Assembly (NCBI GenBank): GCA_963833985.1
Contig: CAWIAD010000002.1
Span: 96,001 to 160,000, forward strand
Direction of reading: 5' to 3'
From: an uncultured Planctomycetaceae bacterium
Lineage (GTDB): Bacteria; Planctomycetota; Planctomycetia; Isosphaerales; Isosphaeraceae
DNA length: 64,000 nt
Shown here piece by piece: positions 41,029 to 50,784 of the stretch; positions within the stretch are counted from its first letter, which is position 1, and each line of letters begins with the position of its first letter. The notes under the pieces are model-generated. The model worked only from the letters and a program-made list of their open reading frames with translations, did not search any database and was not told the DNA's origin. The translations under genes were made by a program, and so were the position numbers.

Positions 41029-41246
41029 TCAGGCCGGCGGCTGACTTTGCATGAGTGAGCGCACGCGCCTGATTGACCGACTCGTCCGTCGGGAACGCGG
41101 CTCGAACGTCGGGAGCCAGCAACACCAGGTTCGTCCCGGTGCGGTAACTCTGCAAGTACTTACCGCGGACACCGCTCTTGAGCACCGAGGCGTCGTACTC
41201 GGGACGGAGTTCTTCATCGTCCGAGCCTCAGATCATCCTTCCTCAT
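41029..41246 (-). pseudogene. Frameshifted antitoxin partner of BrnT
   Basis: DEELRPEYDASVLKSGVRGKY..YRTGTNLVLLAPDV..AFP.DESVNQA; two indels; start overlaps the toxin end. Confidence 0.7.
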
Positions 41247-41386
41247 AGAATTTCCTCTCCTTGCGCGTGGCGCAGCGGGCACTCATGATGCGGGTGAATT
41301 CGCCCCGGTCGGTGTGCGACACGACAAGCAAGCGTCCCTCGCTGGAATGACGCGCGGCCTTCTCCAGATCCCATTTCGAACTCCAT
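41233..41386 (-). pseudogene. BrnT family toxin remnant with internal deletion
   Basis: MEFE/WDLEKA N-terminus joined directly to GRLLVVSHTDRGE.TRIMSARCATRKERKFYEEG; central KHG..F segment missing. Confidence 0.75.
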
Positions 41387-41572
41387 AAGATCACCGTAGC
41401 CCGCCCAGACTCGCCAGGCAAGGAGCCGGCCATTCCTCATGACCTGTCGAACCGGGATTCCAGGGGCGAGTGCTGGACCCTTCTGAATATCTGGAACGCG
41501 CTGGGCACGCGCGCCGGCGGCGAGGTCGTGAGCGCGGACGCGTTCTGAGAGCGACCGGGGCGAGCCCGTGTT

Positions 41573-42025
41573 TCACTGGGTACGCACGGCAATCCAGTTG
41601 CCAGGCAGATCGCCTTTCGCGTAAGTGCGGCCCGAGCGGTCGCGGATCACGACCACCAGGTAAGCCTGACTGATCTGAAGGCTCTCCATGAAGTTCCCCG
41701 GCAGATCCAGACCGACCACGAAGTGCCGACCTGTCTGGTCGAACCTGAGGTCACCGGTGGTCCAGGCGATGTGGGAACGCGGGCGCTCGGAGGTGAGTTC
41801 CAGGTAGGCTGACGTGATCTGGTGGTACGGGTTGCCGCCATCGTCCAGCAGCCCTTCGATCCGGTACGACTGCCCGCTGCGCACGATGTGCTCGGGACCG
41901 AGGGCCCGCTCCCAGTCGACCTCGATGCGGATTGGCGCAAAGCTTGTGAGGTGAAGCGTCAGTCCCGCGAGGGCCAGCACCGTCGGCGCCATGGGCAGGG
42001 CCGTGGATCGATAGGTCCAGATCAA
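41573..42025 (-). CDS. Hypothetical exported protein
   Basis: TTG start after GGGAGG; hydrophobic N-terminus, beta-rich body. Confidence 0.5.
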   Translation of the reverse strand: MIWTYRSTALPMAPTVLALAGLTLHLTSFAPIRIEVDWERALGPEHIVRSGQSYRIEGLLDDGGNPYHQITSAYLELTSERPRSHIAWTTGDLRFDQTGRHFVVGLDLPGNFMESLQISQAYLVVVIRDRSGRTYAKGDLPGNWIAVRTQ

Positions 42026-42071
42026 TGAGCGGCCTCCCTGGGGCCCGGGCACGGTCTTCCTCCGGACGATC

Positions 42072-42674
42072 TCAGATGTGCAGCAGGAAATACCAGCGAA
42101 AGATCCAGAGCACCACCCAGACGCCTCCGCAGACACAGCCTGCCCGGTCCAGCCAGCTTGCTTCCGGCCGCCAGCGGCCGCTCAGGGCCAGGGCCGTCCA
42201 GGCGGCAACCACGGCGGCCGGGACACGCGATTCGACGATGGCCCAGTCCGGAAAGTTGAAGGAGCCGAGCAACAGGGCCTGGGAAACGCGCCGCGATAAC
42301 ACAATCAGCCCGCCGGCCGCGATGGCCGCGGTTGCCGCGGCGCAGGCCACGACTCCGGGCTGCCGCGACAATCGCCGCAAGCCGGGGCGCGGCCGGCGCA
42401 GCCGGATCAGGAGCAGGGCCGGCATCACCAGCGCCAGCAGGCGCGGCAGGAGCCCAAAGCACAGCACCGGAACCCAGTCCAGCAACTCCAGCAAGGAAAA
42501 GCGTTCGGGACGCGATCGCAGGAACCTCGCCAGGTCATACTGCCAGAACGACCGCGCCACCACCAGCGACGCCGTCAGCGGCACCAGCAGGATCATCTCG
42601 TCGGCGACGGTGAACCGCCGCAGGGCTGCCGCCGTGGCGCCACCGTGAGTCCTTGGCCGGCTGCGAGGCTCCAT
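42072..42674 (-). CDS. Integral membrane protein (RLRRPRP..RRL.RQPG / GRWRPE.SW.DR family)
   Basis: Several TM helices and those motifs. Confidence 0.7.
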   Translation of the reverse strand: MEPRSRPRTHGGATAAALRRFTVADEMILLVPLTASLVVARSFWQYDLARFLRSRPERFSLLELLDWVPVLCFGLLPRLLALVMPALLLIRLRRPRPGLRRLSRQPGVVACAAATAAIAAGGLIVLSRRVSQALLLGSFNFPDWAIVESRVPAAVVAAWTALALSGRWRPEASWLDRAGCVCGGVWVVLWIFRWYFLLHI

Positions 42675-42678
42675 TGCA

Positions 42679-43326
42679 TCATCTCCAGATGACGGGTGCA
42701 AAAACCTGAAATCCCAGCTCCAGCATCCAGCACCAGGCGAGCCATCGGCCCAGCCAGTCGCGCCAGGTGTTTTGGGCTCTCCACGCCCGCGCCAGGAACA
42801 GGTACGCCCAGACACCCAGGACCGCACCGCTGGCGCCGGCCTCGATCTGGTAGGGCGAAAGGCCCAGCCCGCAGTCCAGCGTTGACCAGGCCTGGGGCCA
42901 CTCCAGCGACCAGACGAGGCCGAGCGTCGCATCGGTAATCTCTCCGAACCAGGCAAGCGCAATGCGCTCGGCAACCTGGCAGAGAATTACCAGGGCCGCC
43001 ACACTCGACGCCGCCACTCCTGGTCCCGGCAGCCCGCCCCCGCAACGCCGCCGGCCGCGGCGGGCAGTTGCCGTGAGAGGCCCGATGCCCAGGGTGAACA
43101 CGGCAAGAAACGCCAGGAAATCCCAGTGCACCCGGCGTGCTGGGAGCTCCAGGTCGTCGAGCCAGGCGGCCCGGATGCCAGGCCGCTTCCCGCCCGTCTG
43201 GAAGAGTTGCAAGTGATCGAGGAACTGGCGGTCGGTACGAACCGCCGCCATGATCGCTGCCGCGAGTGCCAGCACAAGCACGAGGCCACGCGCGGCCGTC
43301 CATACGAGTGACGTCGTGCGTTTCAT
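42679..43326 (-). CDS. Integral membrane protein, distant paralog of the neighbour
   Basis: PGPGVAAS, GAVLGVW..L...RAWR...WRDWLGR pattern. Confidence 0.7.
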   Translation of the reverse strand: MKRTTSLVWTAARGLVLVLALAAAIMAAVRTDRQFLDHLQLFQTGGKRPGIRAAWLDDLELPARRVHWDFLAFLAVFTLGIGPLTATARRGRRRCGGGLPGPGVAASSVAALVILCQVAERIALAWFGEITDATLGLVWSLEWPQAWSTLDCGLGLSPYQIEAGASGAVLGVWAYLFLARAWRAQNTWRDWLGRWLAWCWMLELGFQVFAPVIWR

Positions 43327-43440
43327 AGATCCGCCGGAATACTCGTCAGCTTGTGTGCCTCCCGGCCGCAGCGGTCAAGGCTGTCATCTTCACGCACTGG
43401 CACGCCTACCGCAAGCGTTCGTCCTGGAACCCGCCGCGCA

Positions 43441-43475
43441 CAAGAACAAGCCGCCGGGAGTTGGGTCCCGGCGGC
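43441..43475 (-). terminator. Putative intrinsic terminator
   Basis: 10-bp stem gccgccggga/tcccggcggc followed by TTGTTCTTG on the minus strand, downstream of the Cys-rich gene. Confidence 0.55.
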
Positions 43476-43600
43476 CTGGGTGATTTCTTTTTTGTTCTGC
43501 GACCTGGCGGTGCCGAATCGCATGCGGAGGCGGTCGAGCCTCGAGCGGCGCCCGAGTTCCTGACGATCCGCCGTCGCGCACGGAGGTCAGGCGAAAGAGA

Positions 43601-44383
43601 TCAGGTGCTGGGCTTGGGCGCGATCCCGGCTCCTGCCGGAGTACCGGTTCCCGGGAGGTTCGGTGCCGGAGTTGGCGGCACGGGCGTGGACGGGGGAGTG
43701 GGGGCCAGCGAGCCGCCGGTCGCGGGAGTGGGCGCTGGCGGTGTGGGTGCCGTGGTGTCGCTGGCCGCACCGGCCGCTGGTGCGGGCGGGGTGGCAGGCT
43801 CACCGACCGCAGGGGCGGGCGTGGCAGGCACCTCGTTCATGGGCTGGATGAGCGGGTAGCCGGGGGAGGCCTGGCTGCCGCCGGTGGGGGCCTCGTAAAC
43901 GGGCATGCCCGCTCCGTAAACTCCCGTGCCGTAGCCGCCGTAACCGTAGCCCGTGCCGTAGAAACCGTAATCCGGCCCGTACCAGCCGCCATCCCAGCCG
44001 TAAGGGCCAACTCCGCCGTAGCCTCCTCCGTGGTGCCAGCCGCCGCCACCACCACGGCCGCAGTGGAACAACCCGCTCAGGAAGCAGCCGTGCCGCCGCC
44101 CGCCGCCGCAATCGTTGTACCCGCCGCCGTAACAGCCGTAGGCAGCGCTGTAGCAGCCGTCATAGCAACCGCCGTAGCAGCCCCCTCCGTAACAGCCGTA
44201 GCCCATGGAGTAGCAGCCGCTGTAGCAGGATGGCTCGACGATGGAGCCGTAGCACCCGCCGTAGCAACTGCCGCTGTAGCAGGCCCCAGTGCCGTAGTAC
44301 GACGTGTCCATGACAACGTCGCACGACTTGTGATGACAGCCCAGCCCGCTCAGGGCCATCAGCATCACGATCGTACCTTGCAT
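43601..44383 (-). CDS. Cys/Tyr/Gly-rich putative lipoprotein with Pro/Ala/Thr tail
   Basis: GGAGG RBS; MQGTIVMLMALSGLGC; repeated CYGG/CYSG; GY-rich segment; PAT-rich C-terminus. Confidence 0.8.
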   Translation of the reverse strand: MQGTIVMLMALSGLGCHHKSCDVVMDTSYYGTGACYSGSCYGGCYGSIVEPSCYSGCYSMGYGCYGGGCYGGCYDGCYSAAYGCYGGGYNDCGGGRRHGCFLSGLFHCGRGGGGGWHHGGGYGGVGPYGWDGGWYGPDYGFYGTGYGYGGYGTGVYGAGMPVYEAPTGGSQASPGYPLIQPMNEVPATPAPAVGEPATPPAPAAGAASDTTAPTPPAPTPATGGSLAPTPPSTPVPPTPAPNLPGTGTPAGAGIAPKPST

Positions 44384-44750
44384 TTCAAACCTCCAGGTTG
44401 CGAGACATGACGAAAGCTGATCCGCGACCGGCACCCAACCCCGCCCTGGTGCACCGCAATGATCGGGCGGGCCTCCCGGCGTGCAGCATGCCACCCGGCC
44501 TTGCGCACGCTCTGCTACCCACCAGGTCGCCCTGACCCATATTCTCTACTCAGACCGGTCAAATTCTAGTGTCCACCGCATCGGCACGCAACTGGACCTC
44601 GTAAAATGGCTGAAAGAGATGGAATGGATAATCTGGTTGCGACCTTTGTACTGGTTGGGATGCAACATCGGCGCCGCGTTTCTGGTCCGCGGGGAGATAA
44701 GCGGTTATGATGGATGATAATGCCTGGTCGTCAGTCGGAGGCCGCAGCAC

Positions 44751-45485
44751 ATGAGGAAAAAGCCGCCGGGGCACGGAACGGAGCAGCGGTCGGCGCAGTC
44801 CGGCGGGCTGGTGGCTCCTGAAAGCAGGCCCGGCACACCTGGCCTGCAACGGCCGAGTGCAACTTCCGGGGGCCGCGCTCCGGTCATTCCGGTGCCGGGT
44901 TCCGATTCATGGCCGGGATGGGCACGCGTCGTGGTGACGCTGGCACTGCTGTACCACATGGCCGCCGTGGTCGCCGGAGCGATGGGGGTTCCTCCCTCGT
45001 CCGAGCTGGAGCGGCGCATCGCCGACTTCTTCACGCCGTATCATGACCTGGTCGACCAGGGCTACGCTTACCGGTATTATGCCGAGCCCCCGCCCACGCC
45101 CGTGATCACGGCGCGGCTGCGATTTGGCGACGGTCGTCCTGATGAGCTGGTCCGCCTGCCCGAGCGAAACCTCCCCGGTCCGTTGATGCGCCATCAGCGG
45201 CAGCTTGCACTGGCCAACGCCTTGACGGCTGACTTTGAGGAGTTGAAACAGATGCATGGCGAAAACGGCCGCAGCCGGCTTGCGGCCGCCTACGCCCGCC
45301 ACCTTTGCGCCACGCACCCCGGCTGCAAGACCGTGACGCTGCATTCGCAGCAGCACATGATCCCGGATCCGCAGCATGTGCGCGAGCATCTGGCGACGCC
45401 CGGCGCGGCCGTTTTCGACCTTTTCGACGAAGAGCTCTTCACCACCCCGCAATGGATTGGAGACTTCGAGTGCGACGGCTCCTGA
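44751..45485 (+). CDS. Membrane-anchored hypothetical protein (SdpA/DUF5819-like HTTM partner)
   Basis: TM helix then FTPY....DQGYAYRYYAEPP; overlaps the HTTM gene start. Confidence 0.65.
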   Translation: MRKKPPGHGTEQRSAQSGGLVAPESRPGTPGLQRPSATSGGRAPVIPVPGSDSWPGWARVVVTLALLYHMAAVVAGAMGVPPSSELERRIADFFTPYHDLVDQGYAYRYYAEPPPTPVITARLRFGDGRPDELVRLPERNLPGPLMRHQRQLALANALTADFEELKQMHGENGRSRLAAAYARHLCATHPGCKTVTLHSQQHMIPDPQHVREHLATPGAAVFDLFDEELFTTPQWIGDFECDGS

Positions 45486-46918
45486 GCGACCTGGGACTCT
45501 ATTGCGGCGATCTGGCGGAGTCCACGCGCCAGGGCTGGCGAAGGTTCTTCTTCACGCCGGCCGATCCCACTTGCCTGGGGCTGATCCGTGTGGCCGTGGG
45601 CCTGCTGGCCATCTGGAGCCTCTTCGTCCTGGGCCTCGACCTGCATGATTACTTCGGCTCAGCCGGCTGGGCGGATCCGTCGCTGATCCGGCAAACCCAG
45701 CACCTGCGGCAGCCTTACGCCTGGTCGTTCTGGTTCCTCGTCCCCGACAGCTTGCTGTCGCCCGTCTGGCTCGGCTGCCTGGCGATCCTCGTGCTCAACA
45801 CGCTGGGGCTGTTCAGCCGCGTGACAGCCGTCCTGGCCTGGGTCATCATCGTCTCCACGGTGCGCCGAGTGCCCATCGCCCTCTTCGGCTTCGACCAGGT
45901 GCTCTCGACCCTGGCCCTGTACCTGGCCGCAACGTTCGCCAGCGGCCAGGCCGTCTCGCTGGACCGGTTCTTGAAGCGATGGCGCGAGGCCCGCGCGGCC
46001 GCTCGGAGCCTGCGGCCGGCGGGTGCCAGCGGCGGGCGAAAAGTCGCCCCCGGCGAACCAGGCACTCCCCGGCCCACCATCGCCGCCAACCTCGCTCTCC
46101 GCCTGATTCAGCTTCACCTCGCCTTCATCTATGCCATGGCCGGGCTGGCGAAGGTGCAAGGGCTCTCGTGGTGGACCGGCATGGCCCTCTGGGGAACCAT
46201 GACGGCCGGCGAGTTCGTGACCCGGAACTTCACCGCGCTGGCCGGCTGGCCGATGCTCATCAATTTTCTCACGCATGCGAGCCTGGCCTTCGAGCTGCTC
46301 TACCCGGTGCTGATCTGGAACCGGCTGCTGCGGCCGATGATGATCGCCTGGGCCGTGGCGCTGCACCTGGGAATCGCCTTTGTGGCACCCGGGCTCTCGG
46401 AATTCGGGCTCATCATGATTGCGGCCAACATCGCTTTCGTCTCCGGCGCGTGGCTGCGCAGCCTGGCGAGCGGCCGCGAACAGCCCGCATTCCGGGTCCT
46501 CTTCGACGGGGCATGCCCGCGCTGCCGGGCGTCGATGGCACTGGTAACCGCGGCCGACCCGGACCGCGTCCTGGAGCCCATCGACCTGACGGCGGTGGAC
46601 GTCACGACCTTGCATCGTTCCCTCACGAAGAAGGCATGCATGGATTCAATGCATGTATTGTCGAAGCAGGGCCGCGTGCTTGCGGGTTTCGATGCGGTGC
46701 GGGCCATCAGCGGCTGGCTGCCGGGGGCCTGGCCTTTCGCCTGGATCGCCTGGTTTCCGGGGGTCGCGTGGGTGGGTCGGCGTGTGTATAATTATTTGGC
46801 GTCAACCCGGCCGAGAGACGTCCCCTGCACGGATGATGTCTGCGGACTGCCTCCTCTCACCCGCTCCGCCCGCACAGGCGAAGTCCATCACGCCTCGGAC
46901 CGGTCTGCCTCCAGTTGA
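45470..46918 (+). CDS. HTTM-domain membrane protein fused to a DCC1-like thiol-disulfide oxidoreductase domain
   Basis: LGLIR, FG.DQ, LRLIQLHL..IY..AG.AK....WW.G.A, HLGI; C-terminal VLFDGACPRC...YNYLA. Confidence 0.82.
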   Translation: MRRLLSDLGLYCGDLAESTRQGWRRFFFTPADPTCLGLIRVAVGLLAIWSLFVLGLDLHDYFGSAGWADPSLIRQTQHLRQPYAWSFWFLVPDSLLSPVWLGCLAILVLNTLGLFSRVTAVLAWVIIVSTVRRVPIALFGFDQVLSTLALYLAATFASGQAVSLDRFLKRWREARAAARSLRPAGASGGRKVAPGEPGTPRPTIAANLALRLIQLHLAFIYAMAGLAKVQGLSWWTGMALWGTMTAGEFVTRNFTALAGWPMLINFLTHASLAFELLYPVLIWNRLLRPMMIAWAVALHLGIAFVAPGLSEFGLIMIAANIAFVSGAWLRSLASGREQPAFRVLFDGACPRCRASMALVTAADPDRVLEPIDLTAVDVTTLHRSLTKKACMDSMHVLSKQGRVLAGFDAVRAISGWLPGAWPFAWIAWFPGVAWVGRRVYNYLASTRPRDVPCTDDVCGLPPLTRSARTGEVHHASDRSASS

Positions 46919-46947
46919 AATCTCCGCCTCCAGGAGCCGAAACAACC

Positions 46948-47292
46948 ATGAGCAGCAACAACGGCGTGCCGTCCGCTCTACCGTCAGCGGAGAACGTGGA
47001 GTCTCGCCAGTCGCCCCCGCGACTCTACATTTTCGAGCCCGGCTGGCGCGTGAAGATCAAGCGCGATAGCCATCGCGAGTTTTGCTACATGATGGCGCCC
47101 GGCCAGGACTATTATCACCGGCTCCTGGACGGTGAGCTCTTTCTCTATCACGGCGATGAGCGCCTCTGCCTCAACTGCGCCGGTCGGCGCGGGATCATCG
47201 CCTTCGAGCCCCGGCGGCTGCGCAACCCCATCGACCCCGCCTTGGCCGAAGCCAGCGACCTCACCTTCGATCCGCAACGCGACGATCTTTGA
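46948..47292 (+). CDS. Hypothetical protein with CxxC
   Basis: AGGAG RBS; EFCY...YYHR...CLNC. Confidence 0.7.
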   Translation: MSSNNGVPSALPSAENVESRQSPPRLYIFEPGWRVKIKRDSHREFCYMMAPGQDYYHRLLDGELFLYHGDERLCLNCAGRRGIIAFEPRRLRNPIDPALAEASDLTFDPQRDDL

Positions 47293-47343
47293 GCGAAGCA
47301 TTCCGCACGCATGCGGCCCGGCCGCTGGGAGGAACCTGGGATC

Positions 47344-47973
47344 ATGGCGACGGTCACAACGAGCCTGCAAATCGGCCCGGCCGACCATGGCCGCACGATG
47401 ACGCTCGATGAGTTCCGCGACGCCGAGGAACTCGATGGCTATCGCTACGAGCTTGCCCGGGGAGTGCTCGAGGTGACTGAAGTACCGAACGATCGACACG
47501 GTGTGGTCGTCTGCAACCTGTATCGTGCCGTCAGTCTTTTTGACCAGCAACATCCGGGCGTGATTCTTCGTTACGGTGGAGGCAGTGAATTCCGCTTCTG
47601 GCTGCCGGGGATGGTCTCCGGCCGCAATCCCGACCTGGGCGTCGTCCTCAGAAATGCACCCAGAGATTGGCGTCGACGCAGAATCGCCGCTCTCGCCGCC
47701 GAGGTCGTCTCGCGCGGCAGCGTCGAGCGCGACTACCACACCAAGCGCGAAGAGTACCTGGCCTACGGGCTGCTTGAATACTGGATCGTCGACCCATTGC
47801 AGCGCCAGGTCACCGTCCTCTGCCGGCGCGGAGATACCTGGAACGAGACTGTCTTCCGCGGCGATCAGGCGATTGTCAGCCTGGTCTTGCCCGGCCTGGC
47901 GGCGACCGTCGCTCAGCTCTGGCTCGACGCCGATGCCGAGGGAGAGGAACCGGCCGACGTCGATGTTTCCTGA
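47344..47973 (+). CDS. Uma2 family endonuclease
   Basis: IGPADHGRTMTL, YELARG, GRNPDL, EYLAYGLLEYWIVDP. Confidence 0.9.
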   Translation: MATVTTSLQIGPADHGRTMTLDEFRDAEELDGYRYELARGVLEVTEVPNDRHGVVVCNLYRAVSLFDQQHPGVILRYGGGSEFRFWLPGMVSGRNPDLGVVLRNAPRDWRRRRIAALAAEVVSRGSVERDYHTKREEYLAYGLLEYWIVDPLQRQVTVLCRRGDTWNETVFRGDQAIVSLVLPGLAATVAQLWLDADAEGEEPADVDVS

Positions 47974-48032
47974 CGCCGCCGATCACGGGCTCATCGAGGT
48001 GCTCCGAACTTCGGGAAACAACTTCCGGCAGT

Positions 48033-49634
48033 TCAATCTCTGGCCGCGGTGGGCTCGGACTTCGCCTTCTGCTCCGGTTCAATCTTCCTGGGCGCTTCCT
48101 TCGCCTGGGCCATCTGCCAGCCCAGGCGGTAGGCCACGCGGGCCACGCGGGCGGCTTTCTCCAGGTCGGCCTTGTCAACGTCGTCGGTCGGCCTGTGGTA
48201 GTCGGCGTGGATGCCGGCGAAGAAGAAGATGACGGGAATTCCCTTGTTCGCGAAGCTCGAGCTATCCGTCCGGAAGAAGAACTGGTCGGCGTTGAAGACG
48301 GCTTCCATCCCTTCGGACTTGCACGAGGCTTGAGCGGCAGGGACAAGCGTGTTGTACCGGTTGTGTTTCGGCGAAGGCGTGATGCCGATCTGCTTCGGGT
48401 CGTTGCGGCTGACCATGTCCAGATTGATGTCGGCCACGATCTTGTACCCCTCGGGGAGCGTCTGGTGGTCAGCGAAGTAGCGGCTGCCCCAGAGGCCGTG
48501 CTCCTCACCCGAAACCCACAGGAACGCGACGCTTCGCGCCGGCCTGGGGCTCTGCCCGAACGCTTCGGCAATCTCCAGCAGCGAGCTCGTGCCCGAGGCG
48601 TTGTCGTCCGAGCCGTTGAAGATTTCTCCCCTGTCGTTGACCCCGACGTGATCGTAATGGGCGCTGAAGATGATCACTTCCTTCTTCTTTTCCGCGTCCG
48701 AGCCGGGGAAGACGCCGAGCACGTTGCGCTCGCTTTTCGGCTCCTTGCGGGCGGCGTAGCGGAACCTCGCCCGCAGGCTGTCGCCGCCGATCACGTGCGG
48801 CCGGCTGTCCGCCGTGAGTCCCAGGGCGCTGGTGAGCTGGTCGCGAACCGGGTCCCCGAGGTACACCACCGGGAACGGCTCGCGGGCCGGGTTCACCAGG
48901 GCCAGGTTGGAGCGGCCGAATCCGAGGTTCGCGGCCGAGTAGGGGACCTGCGGAGCGGGCATGTTGCGTCCGGGCGGGTGAATCACGATCAGGCCAAGCG
49001 CCCCGCGCCGCTGGGCGGCAGATTGCTTCCAGCCCGAATTGAGGACCGGCCTCTGCCCGGGCGCGGCGGGTTTGGGCTGAGGGTCATCGGGCCGGCCGTC
49101 GAAGATCAGCACGAACTGGTCGTGTACATCGAGGTTTTCGTAATCGTTGATCTTCTTCTCGGCGTCAACCATGCCGTACCGCGCGAAGGCGACGGGCGCC
49201 TCGATCTCTCCAGGTACAAGGTTGTTCGGAGAAACGATGAGGTCGCTGCCCACCTTGCAAGGGATCTCCTTGCGCACGCCGCGGAGGTCCACCATCAGGG
49301 TGAGCCCGGTCCCTTCCTCGAGCGGGGTGACCCGCTCCAGGGGAAACGTCTGGAAGTAGGTGGCGGCCTGGCCGTCGCGGTCGCCCATCGGCTCGGCGCC
49401 GGCCGCGAACAGGTGGGCAGCCAGGTACTCGCTGGCCAGTCTTGTCTCGGGCGAGGCCGTGTTCCGGCCCTTCATCAGGTCCGACGCCAGGAAGCGGAGG
49501 TGGCCGCCGATCTCCCGGCCGGTGATGGATTTGACGGCGTCCGGAACCGGTTCCCCGGTGGAGTCCGGGCCGTCGCCACGTGCCACGACCGGTAATGCCA
49601 GGGCGCAGGCCAGCAAGAGCAGCAGCCGTTTCAT
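48033..49634 (-). CDS. M28 family metallopeptidase with PA domain, exported
   Basis: Signal peptide; SAHYDH, GSDDNASG, GEE.GL.GS, NLDM, RTD, YHRPTD. Confidence 0.92.
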   Translation of the reverse strand: MKRLLLLLACALALPVVARGDGPDSTGEPVPDAVKSITGREIGGHLRFLASDLMKGRNTASPETRLASEYLAAHLFAAGAEPMGDRDGQAATYFQTFPLERVTPLEEGTGLTLMVDLRGVRKEIPCKVGSDLIVSPNNLVPGEIEAPVAFARYGMVDAEKKINDYENLDVHDQFVLIFDGRPDDPQPKPAAPGQRPVLNSGWKQSAAQRRGALGLIVIHPPGRNMPAPQVPYSAANLGFGRSNLALVNPAREPFPVVYLGDPVRDQLTSALGLTADSRPHVIGGDSLRARFRYAARKEPKSERNVLGVFPGSDAEKKKEVIIFSAHYDHVGVNDRGEIFNGSDDNASGTSSLLEIAEAFGQSPRPARSVAFLWVSGEEHGLWGSRYFADHQTLPEGYKIVADINLDMVSRNDPKQIGITPSPKHNRYNTLVPAAQASCKSEGMEAVFNADQFFFRTDSSSFANKGIPVIFFFAGIHADYHRPTDDVDKADLEKAARVARVAYRLGWQMAQAKEAPRKIEPEQKAKSEPTAARD

Positions 49635-49959
49635 GTGAGACACCCGAACTTGCAGGAGTGGAATCGTACCGACAGGTCCCCAAGCGTGCCGCCCGCCTGG
49701 CCACCGGCGCCCGCGGGGCGGATTGCTAGCGCTGCGATTCGGCGCACTTCTTGCACCGGAGCGATCGTTTACGCACCTGGCCGCCACAGCGCGGACAGCG
49801 GTGATACTTGCTCTGGCGGAACTTGTTCTTGCGGGGACGTAGGGCCACGACGCACCTCACTGGCTGACACCAACCGACTCAGAAACCACAACAATCGAGT
49901 TTCGTGAGAATGAGTGTACTCGATGGCGGTCGGCGCCGGCCAGAGCAGCCCGCGGCCAA

Positions 49960-50469
49960 TCAGCCCCAGATCGTCCGGGCCCAGGTGAACGCTTGCCAGT
50001 GCATGCAGAAGACCGCCGCGACCATGGCCCCGAAGGCGATCCACATGGAAAGCGGGCCGCCATACTCGAGAGCCGAAGGCAAGGTCAACAGCCAGGCCAC
50101 CGGAAACGAGGCGCAGTAGGGAACCCATGGGGGAAACTCCCTGCGCTGCTCCACCATCAGGATCATCACGCTGATGATGAGCAAGAAAGCCGTGCCCGCG
50201 AGCGCCTCGGCCAGGACACTGTCAAACATGGTTGGCAACAGCAGTGGTCCCAGCCCTCCGCCCGCATCCAGATACTCGGCCAGGATGGGAAAGATGGTCC
50301 AGCTTGATGTGGCCAGCACGACGAAGGTGATCAGCCCCGTCGCGATGAGCGCCAGGATCGGCAAACCCTCGGGGCGAACCTCCAGCCTGCGCACGGCTGT
50401 ATCGGATCTGAGGCGCGGTTCGCCGACGGGGGAAGTTCCTGAGGCGGCCCGATTCCAGCGTGTGCTCAT
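49960..50469 (-). CDS. Hypothetical integral membrane protein
   Basis: Four hydrophobic helices; PEGLPILAL...TFVVLATSSWTIFP. Confidence 0.72.
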   Translation of the reverse strand: MSTRWNRAASGTSPVGEPRLRSDTAVRRLEVRPEGLPILALIATGLITFVVLATSSWTIFPILAEYLDAGGGLGPLLLPTMFDSVLAEALAGTAFLLIISVMILMVEQRREFPPWVPYCASFPVAWLLTLPSALEYGGPLSMWIAFGAMVAAVFCMHWQAFTWARTIWG

Positions 50470-50784
50470 GACCGGCCCTCGACAGTTGTCACACGTCCTG
50501 CGATCAGTATAAGTCCATCGGCCGGCGGCCGCCAGGGCCAACGCGCTGACCCTGATGTGAACGGTGTAGACGGTGTAGACGAGAGCACCCCAGCTCCGAC
50601 CAGGTCCGCGGCTGGCCCCAGGTGGTCAGCCGAACCGAGCCAGGATATCCCGCAGCGACTGAGCGACCGGAACAACCATAGAGGATGACTGACATGGCCA
50701 CCGCATCCAACGATCCGGCGTGACTCGTTTTGGGAGCTGGCGGAAATGAGTTCTCGCCTCGGACAATTCGATTGTTTTCATGAA

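Larger units (their letters stand above)
40489..41548 (+). repeat. 60-bp direct repeat of the DUF1559 gene 3' end (40489-40548 and 41489-41548)
   Basis: 58/60 identical, both differences synonymous; encodes [19 protein letters not shown]. Confidence 0.92.
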
